64,000 nt of DNA from the IMG/VR virus record IMGVR_UViG_3300032268_000887, positions 38,687 through 102,686 of that record; one strand, given 5' to 3'. The position numbers and the translations under genes were made by a program. Positions 58,858 through 64,000 of the stretch are shown piece after piece. The notes below the pieces were generated by a model, which saw nothing but the letters and a program-made list of their open reading frames with translations, made no database searches and was not told the DNA's origin. Each line of letters begins with the position of its first letter. Within the stretch, counting starts at the first letter, position 1. The stretch is from a virus.

Positions 58858-59580
58858 TTAACAGATAGAAATAGTCATGCTTTTTAAAATCATATCTGAT
58901 GGAAAGTCGGTTCTTATTTGTGGCTTTGCTATACCCCTAAAAGATGCATCCTCTATATATAGGGTTTGATCTATAATAAAATCATAGGTATTTTGATATT
59001 TTAAAGATCCTACAAAATTTACATGCTCTTTGTTATTTTTTGCAAAAAGCGTTCTTACCCAAACGTCAGTATTTGCAGAGTAAGTTGATAGTTCAATGTT
59101 ATAAGAAATTTGTACTTTTGTTCCTGTTTTAAGACCTAAAAAATTAAACCCTTGCGCCTCGTCAATCCATAGCCTTTCGTTATCTTTGGGCAAAAACTCT
59201 TCATTGCTTAACTTTCTTTTAAAATTAAGAGTTACCCAGCCATTATCTCCTTCTGTTATTCCTAAATTTATTTTTTGTGTTTGAGAATTATAGTATTTTG
59301 CCCAACCTGGTTGTTGTCCAGATAAAGATATTCCATCTTTAGGAGTTTTTCCATCTTTGCCTTTTTCTCCCCTTGCCCCCTCTGGTCCTGTAAGTCCAGT
59401 ATCGCCTTTTGGTCCAGCAGGTCCTTGTGCTCCTTGTGGGCCTTGTGGTCCTGGAACTGGAACATATGTTTGTGTGGCAGGAAAAATTTCTGAAGGTATA
59501 TTTTGTTGCGCTTCTATAACTTTTTCAATATATGAATCTTTTGTTGCAAATGGCGTTGGCACGTTTTTACTTATTGCCAT
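58858..59580 (-). CDS. Collagen-repeat virion protein
   Basis: GPQGPQGAQGPAGPKGDTGLTGPEGARGEKGKDGK followed by a globular domain. Confidence 0.85.
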   Translation of the reverse strand: MAISKNVPTPFATKDSYIEKVIEAQQNIPSEIFPATQTYVPVPGPQGPQGAQGPAGPKGDTGLTGPEGARGEKGKDGKTPKDGISLSGQQPGWAKYYNSQTQKINLGITEGDNGWVTLNFKRKLSNEEFLPKDNERLWIDEAQGFNFLGLKTGTKVQISYNIELSTYSANTDVWVRTLFAKNNKEHVNFVGSLKYQNTYDFIIDQTLYIEDASFRGIAKPQIRTDFPSDMILKSMTISIC

Positions 59581-59584
59581 AAGG

Positions 59585-59683
59585 TTACTTCTTTATTTTT
59601 ATTGTTTTGCTTAATCCAGACGCAGTTATACGAATAACATCTGGTAAATTATTTTTAACATTACTAACCTTAACAATAGCCAC
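59585..59683 (-). CDS. Small basic protein (not in ORF track)
   Basis: GTG start overlapping upstream stop (TAGTG): MAIVKVSNVKNNLPDVIRITASGLSKTIKIKK. Confidence 0.5.
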   Translation of the reverse strand: MAIVKVSNVKNNLPDVIRITASGLSKTIKIKK

Positions 59684-60069
59684 TACAAACTTCCAGAGAC
59701 GTTGCCAACTACAGATATGGTGCCAAGAACGGGAGTCCAAATAGTGTCATTTGTATCATTTAGGGCAACCTGTAGATCAAAACTTAACTCTGCTACAATT
59801 CCACTGTAAGTACTTCCCCAAAATGCTGTAATTTCGGCGGGGGCAGTGATAATAGCGTATCCTTCAAATGATTCAACCTCTAACTCATCTATAATGTCTG
59901 TCTTTTTATCATAGGCACTAGCGGTATATGACCAATCATCAGTATCAATGTATGTAACTTCGTCATTGTTTAAAAAATCAACTCTCAAGGTGCAAGTATC
60001 GCCACGGACAATGGTCCATTTAATATTTGCTGGATCTGATCCAAAAATCTCATTTTCACAAGAAGACAT
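59683..60069 (-). CDS. BppU-N-like beta-sandwich virion protein
   Basis: IVRGDT..FDLQV..WTPVLGTI; leaderless -10 at 60076-60081. Confidence 0.55.
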   Translation of the reverse strand: MSSCENEIFGSDPANIKWTIVRGDTCTLRVDFLNNDEVTYIDTDDWSYTASAYDKKTDIIDELEVESFEGYAIITAPAEITAFWGSTYSGIVAELSFDLQVALNDTNDTIWTPVLGTISVVGNVSGSL

Positions 60070-60264
60070 AATAGGATTATACCACTAAATATCAAAAAAA
60101 ATATATGAAGGTTTTATAACAATTTGGTAACTTTTAAAAAAGTTGTCTCACTCTTTAAGATTTGGCCCCAGGATATAAAATCTATAGTGTATACTTAAAA
60201 TATATAAAGGGAAAAGAGTACCTTTAAACCTTAGATATTTTTATATATTATATATAGTAAAAAA

Positions 60265-60531
60265 TTATTTATCAGTTTTTGATATATGGGTTAACAGAGT
60301 ATCGAACATTTTATCTATTTTAGCGTCCATCTCTTTTCTCATCTCATTTGCTTCTGTCATCCGAACCTCTAACCTTGTGACCTGGTCCTTTAAACTTGTT
60401 CCAGAATTGGGGCGAATTTCGGATCGTATTTCGTCAAAATAATGTTTTGTTAGCCACTTGATACTTCCAGCGACAAATGCTACAATGGTAAAGATGGATA
60501 CAACTAGGGCTGCGGTATCAGTTGTTGACAT
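60265..60531 (-). CDS. Membrane protein with coiled coil (holin-like/lysis accessory)
   Basis: One N-terminal TM segment, then PNSGTSLKDQVTRLE coiled coil. Confidence 0.6.
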   Translation of the reverse strand: MSTTDTAALVVSIFTIVAFVAGSIKWLTKHYFDEIRSEIRPNSGTSLKDQVTRLEVRMTEANEMRKEMDAKIDKMFDTLLTHISKTDK

Positions 60532-60571
60532 AATAAAGTAATTATAACATTATTATTAGGAGAAAATTAAA

Positions 60572-61330
60572 ATGAAAGACGCTATATTGGAAACGCTAAG
60601 TAAGTTTCAAAAAATTATAATCTCTCCAGATATTGATGGTTTTATGTCGGCGGAGTTGTTGAGTCGAAAATTCGATTCGGTCGTTGTTGGTACGTATGAT
60701 AAAAATTTATTATGTCTTGCTGACGATGTTAAGCCTGAAGAGTGTCTTTTTTTAGATTGCGATATGAACACAAAAGATTTCGTTTCGGTCGGAAATCATA
60801 TGAGAATTGAAAATGACAATATGGCTGATTCGTCGTTTAATCCAAATCGTTTTTGGAATACGAAAGTATATACCTCTAAGTTTCCTTATGCAACCTGTTT
60901 TTTAATTTCGTCGGCAATAGAGGTTGACCTAGACCTATATGACCTTAAACGCATGGCACATGCTGACTCAACACTAATCAATATGGATAATTACAGCAAC
61001 AACATGCTGAAATGGTCAAGTAGGCTCAGAGAAATAGATGTCAAACCAATTATCGAAAAAACCTTAGATATCTCAGACATTCGAGAAAAGTATCCAACAC
61101 AAGCATTTGCATCAAGAAGGTTTGGCAAAGATAGATATTTAACAACATTAAATGCTGCTCTAGAAAACGAGGGGATAAAGCATAAGCCAATAACCCATAC
61201 TAAGAAATACCTATCCGATAAAGTAGGAATAAACACCCTTATGAGGTATATGGACGATATAATATCTTATGCAGAAATATATTCAGGCGAGTATAGTGTG
61301 ACGTATAACCAGGAGATGGAATGGAGATAA
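60572..61330 (+). CDS. DHH-family phosphoesterase-like protein
   Basis: ISPDIDGFMSA (DxDG), FLD, GNH in place of DHH, HADS; AGGAG RBS. Confidence 0.55.
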   Translation: MKDAILETLSKFQKIIISPDIDGFMSAELLSRKFDSVVVGTYDKNLLCLADDVKPEECLFLDCDMNTKDFVSVGNHMRIENDNMADSSFNPNRFWNTKVYTSKFPYATCFLISSAIEVDLDLYDLKRMAHADSTLINMDNYSNNMLKWSSRLREIDVKPIIEKTLDISDIREKYPTQAFASRRFGKDRYLTTLNAALENEGIKHKPITHTKKYLSDKVGINTLMRYMDDIISYAEIYSGEYSVTYNQEMEWR

Positions 61331-61384
61331 TGGCAATAGGTTTGATAATGTTTGTTATTGCGCTTATGGCTGTTATTAAGAAGT

Positions 61385-61585
61385 ATGTCCGATGATGTTA
61401 AGCCTTGGGATTTGCTTAATCCTAATCAGCCAAGAAGCCAAGAGGATCTTGTTAATTCCCGCTTAAAAATATGCAGAGGTTGTGAATTCTTTAGACCTAA
61501 AACCGAAACCTGTCGCAAGTGTGGATGTTTTATGAAATTAAAGACTATGCTAGAAAATGCTAAATGTCCAATTGATAAATGGTAA
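61385..61585 (+). CDS. Small Cys-rich metal-binding protein
   Basis: RLKICRGC..CRKCGCFM..K..CPIDKW; start taken at ATG 61385. Confidence 0.75.
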   Translation: MSDDVKPWDLLNPNQPRSQEDLVNSRLKICRGCEFFRPKTETCRKCGCFMKLKTMLENAKCPIDKW

Positions 61586-61590
61586 AAGGA

Positions 61591-61599
61591 TGTTATAAT
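61591..61599 (+). promoter_or_regulatory. Extended -10, leaderless promoter
   Basis: TGTTATAAT-AACTAG-ATG(61606). Confidence 0.75.
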
Positions 61600-61605
61600 A
61601 ACTAG

Positions 61606-62343
61606 ATGAGTGTTAAAAGAATAGAACCTTTTCAAATAGATAAATTTTTTACACAAGAAGATATTGACCTTGTTTATAAAAACGTAGATGAGCACATGGC
61701 TAGAGGCCTTGAAAAGACTGGCGATAAGTACAGCGAGATGTTTAGATTTCCTAATAATGGTTTTATAACCTTATACATGGGTTGGGATCAAAAAACATTA
61801 GATCTTATTAGAAATAAAGCCGAAGAATTAGGTATGGGCAAAGTACCTTACGAAAATACTATTTTGATTTTTGCTAGATACACTGCTGACAGTGGTGGTC
61901 AGCCTAATTTATCTCCACATGCAGATGTTGTCACCAACAAAACCATGTACACATGTACAATAAGGTTGAACTCTAGCAAGCAATGGGATATTTACGTAAA
62001 AGATGAAAAATTTGAAATGGGAGAGCATGGTTCTGCTGTATGGTTTACTGGAAATCAAGATGTTCACTGGAGACCAGATTTAGAGTTTGCCCCAGATGAG
62101 TATTATGATATCTTGTTGTGTCAGGCTTGGTCAGATGTTGATAATGAGTTGTATCCAGAAGACCACAAAGAAAAGATGCTTGCTCAAGAAAAAGAATATT
62201 GCGACAAATATAGAGATCAACTACAAATAGCATTTAGTATGGAAAAGCCTAACCAAACCGATTGTGTAGGAATTAGTGAAGGTCAAACCACTGATGATGC
62301 CTACAATATGGCTCAAACAAATAGAGAAAATCCTTTACTTTAA
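61606..62343 (+). CDS. 2OG-Fe(II) dioxygenase-family protein
   Basis: FARY..LSPHAD..FTGNQDVHWR; same family as the 1-4 kb oxygenases. Confidence 0.8.
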   Translation: MSVKRIEPFQIDKFFTQEDIDLVYKNVDEHMARGLEKTGDKYSEMFRFPNNGFITLYMGWDQKTLDLIRNKAEELGMGKVPYENTILIFARYTADSGGQPNLSPHADVVTNKTMYTCTIRLNSSKQWDIYVKDEKFEMGEHGSAVWFTGNQDVHWRPDLEFAPDEYYDILLCQAWSDVDNELYPEDHKEKMLAQEKEYCDKYRDQLQIAFSMEKPNQTDCVGISEGQTTDDAYNMAQTNRENPLL

Positions 62344-62511
62344 AGAGTGATCTGTTTCAGATTTACAAGTACAGCCATCGCAACAAAATTCTTGAAAAAT
62401 CTTTAACGCCAAACCATCATTTATAACAGATTCGTTATCTTGTAATCTTGCTATAGTAGGTTCATATCCTTTAGGGGTTTGTCTACTCCAGGAATCGGGA
62501 TACTCGCTCAT
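62335..62511 (-). CDS. Small protein with CCxxCxC motif (not in ORF track)
   Basis: MSEYPDSW...EFCCDGCTCKSETDHSLK, 58 aa, ATGA-coupled. Confidence 0.55.
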   Translation of the reverse strand: MSEYPDSWSRQTPKGYEPTIARLQDNESVINDGLALKIFQEFCCDGCTCKSETDHSLK

Positions 62512-62606
62512 TGACCAAATACCTCGAAAAATAATGCTGCCAAACCAATTATGATTATTGATACAATAACTTGTAATGCAATTACTCTCATCAAGAATCT
62601 TTTCAT
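62508..62606 (-). CDS. Small membrane peptide (not in ORF track)
   Basis: MKRFLMRVIALQVIVSIIIIGLAALFFEVFGQ, 32 aa. Confidence 0.5.
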   Translation of the reverse strand: MKRFLMRVIALQVIVSIIIIGLAALFFEVFGQ

Positions 62607-62607
62607 G

Positions 62608-62760
62608 TTAGATTCCGTTATCTTCCATATACTTTAATCTTTCCATAAGAGTATTATACTCTGGATCTTCAAACATTTGTTTAATAGCGTCTGTAACTTT
62701 TTGACTTGGCATTCCGTCGTCATCTGCCATTGAGGCTTCTAGGTTGTCTAGGATAGCCAT
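62608..62760 (-). CDS. Small acidic protein (not in ORF track)
   Basis: MAILDNLEASMADDDG...MEDNGI, 50 aa, TAATG-coupled. Confidence 0.55.
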   Translation of the reverse strand: MAILDNLEASMADDDGMPSQKVTDAIKQMFEDPEYNTLMERLKYMEDNGI

Positions 62761-62900
62761 TACTTGCAACTACCGCAATAATTATATACTCTTAAGTTTT
62801 CTTTGGTTACCCATAATGTTTTACCACAGTCAAAGCAGGTCTTCATAGAGTATTGTTTTTCTCTACGGTCCCGCCGAATTTCTATTCCTAGTAAATGCAT
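62760..62900 (-). CDS. Small zinc-ribbon protein (not in ORF track)
   Basis: 46 aa with CFDC..CGSC; TGCTAATAT 6 nt before ATG. Confidence 0.6.
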   Translation of the reverse strand: MHLLGIEIRRDRREKQYSMKTCFDCGKTLWVTKENLRVYNYCGSCK

Positions 62901-62923
62901 GTATATATATTAGCACACCCTGG

Positions 62924-63082
62924 CTAAATTGTCCACCAGGTGTTATTGTTAAAGAAGAATCCAACTTTTTCTCTGTACGCTGCATACCCCGCATTAATCG
63001 TATTCCAGTCAGGATCGTGTGTTGTCAAACCACAGTATCCGCATAGGCCATGCCCTACATAGGTATAAGCGTGTTGGCACAT
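62924..63082 (-). CDS. Small Zn-binding protein (not in ORF track)
   Basis: MCQH..CGYCG..H, 52 aa; GGGTATAAT 6 nt before ATG. Confidence 0.6.
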   Translation of the reverse strand: MCQHAYTYVGHGLCGYCGLTTHDPDWNTINAGYAAYREKVGFFFNNNTWWTI

Positions 63083-63198
63083 ATCTTTATTATACCCCCT
63101 AGAAATCTGAAAAAATTTTTATTTTGACAAAATCTGAATATTTTGTTCAGATGTACGATGCACTATTTAAAAAATAAAAACTATAAAATATAGTGAGC

Positions 63199-63224
63199 AC
63201 ATAAAGGGGGGAAACCCTCTATGT
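63199..63224 (-). terminator. Hairpin ending the right-hand small-gene operon
   Basis: ACATAGAGGG-tttccc-CCCTTTATGT; weak U-tract. Confidence 0.4.
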
Positions 63225-63320
63225 TTTCTCTATGTAATGCGCCCTATCATAGTTAGCAAGTGTCCCACCGCTTTCGAGATGGGCTTGCCTGCGTAATTGT
63301 TCAGCAGAATACTCAGACAC
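63219..63320 (-). CDS. Small hypothetical protein (not in ORF track)
   Basis: GTG start: MSEYSAEQLRRQAHLESGGTLANYDRAHYIEKT. Confidence 0.4.
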   Translation of the reverse strand: MSEYSAEQLRRQAHLESGGTLANYDRAHYIEKT

Positions 63321-63498
63321 TCTTGCGCCCTTGTATCCAACCTGAATGAATACCGATTAGCGGTGCGTTAATGTTAACCGCTGTTCCTAATGGTAATGCG
63401 TCAGCATATCTCTCGATAAAATCTAACACGCTGTCCTTGTTTTCAAACGGCATCTCTTTTACTGTACCGCTTACTGATGTTAGTTCTACTGGTATCAC
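63313..63498 (-). CDS. Hypothetical protein
   Basis: 61 aa, AGGAG RBS, GTGA coupling. Confidence 0.7.
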   Translation of the reverse strand: MIPVELTSVSGTVKEMPFENKDSVLDFIERYADALPLGTAVNINAPLIGIHSGWIQGRKSV

Positions 63499-63632
63499 TT
63501 GTCTCTCCTAATCAATTTAATTGAATAAATGAACGCAATAGTGCCAACCAACAACCATGTTGGTATCTCTACTGCTAAGGCAATGCTCTCGGCATATAAA
63601 CCAAAACCATCTAAGTCTAAAAATAGTTCCAT
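63495..63632 (-). CDS. Small membrane protein (not in ORF track)
   Basis: MELFLDLDGFG..WLLVGTIAFIYSIKLIRRDK, 45 aa; GAGGAGG RBS. Confidence 0.65.
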   Translation of the reverse strand: MELFLDLDGFGLYAESIALAVEIPTWLLVGTIAFIYSIKLIRRDK

Positions 63633-63634
63633 AA

Positions 63635-63787
63635 TTATTTAACCTCCTCTAAATTGTATTGAGCAGAAAGATAAGCGTTAGCCTGACTTAGTGCGTCAAG
63701 TAAAGACTTATCCTCTCTATCATAGCGAGCCTGTTGGGCTTTTCTAATATCCGAGATAAGGGGATTGTTAGGGTTATTGTTTATCAT
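63635..63787 (-). CDS. 50-aa protein sharing a motif with the tape measure protein (not in ORF track)
   Basis: MINNNPNNPLISDIRKAQQARYDREDKSLLDALSQANAYLSAQYNLEEVK; AAAGGAG RBS; first gene after the 63829 promoter. Confidence 0.75.
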   Translation of the reverse strand: MINNNPNNPLISDIRKAQQARYDREDKSLLDALSQANAYLSAQYNLEEVK

Positions 63788-63828
63788 TTGTAGTTCTCCT
63801 TTCAAGAGACTTTCTTTCTATACCTGCA

Positions 63829-63850
63829 ATTCTAGCAGGGGGGTCTGACA
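63829..63850 (-). promoter_or_regulatory. Extended -10 promoter with TGTCAGACCCC upstream element
   Basis: TGTCAGACCCCCCTGCTAGAAT. Confidence 0.6.
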
Positions 63851-63878
63851 ATTTAGGGGGGTTATTTGCTAGGCTCAC

Positions 63879-63894
63879 TGTGATTTGTCTCACA
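63879..63894. promoter_or_regulatory. CRP/GlxR-consensus box
   Basis: TGTGA-TTTGTC-TCACA, flanked by TTGCTAGGCTCAC direct repeats (63866-63878, 63900-63912). Confidence 0.6.
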
Positions 63895-63950
63895 TTTACT
63901 TGCTAGGCTCACGCCCCTAAATAATTCTATATTTAATTTTCTATAATGGA

Positions 63951-63979
63951 ATTATAGCAGGGATAAGCCCAAAAGTCAA
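63951..63979 (-). promoter_or_regulatory. Near-consensus sigma70/SigA promoter
   Basis: TTGACT, 17 nt, TATAAT with TG extension. Confidence 0.8.
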
Positions 63980-64000
63980 CACGACACGCCGTTAATAACA

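Noticed and set aside
1-64000. Stop-codon reassignment
   Set aside because: Core genes are full length in code 11, and TAA, TAG and TGA all end genes at coupled junctions

Overview
The window is 64 kb of an AT-rich tailed dsDNA phage genome (siphovirus-type head-tail genes), almost all on the - strand. The host is probably an actinobacterium; this is inferred from leaderless promoters, a PASTA domain, a CRP/GlxR-type box and a DnaE-based replisome. Left part (0-13 kb): Cas4-like nuclease, resolvase, RecA/UvsX, DnaE, SSB, primase and DnaB, interrupted by 2OG-Fe(II) oxygenase genes. 13-37 kb: tail-tip proteins, a 2461-aa tape measure, two tail chaperones, major tail, neck, major capsid, protease/scaffold and portal. 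37-60 kb: a large virion protein, class II ribonucleotide reductase and a long accessory fibre/decoration region with oxygenases, glycosyltransferases, a methyltransferase, a lytic transglycosylase and one tRNA(CCG). 60-64 kb: small genes and a dense early-type promoter region. Main candidates for new biology: (1) a module present twice, in which a fibre gene precedes a gene encoding a surface domain (FN3 or PASTA), a Phe/Gly/Thr/Pro repeat and an atypical C-terminal Hint domain, followed by 2OG-Fe(II) oxygenases and, in one copy, a catalytically dead Hint; (2) an unannotated 50-aa gene sharing a 20-aa motif (15/20 identical, synonymously diverged) with the interior of the tape measure protein; (3) a tRNA with a CCG anticodon on a Gln-like body in a genome that almost never uses CGG; (4) tail chaperones G and GT encoded as two duplicated genes instead of by frameshift; (5) many leaderless promoters with TATAAT exactly 6 nt before the ATG. 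All family calls come from motif recognition by eye, not database searches.
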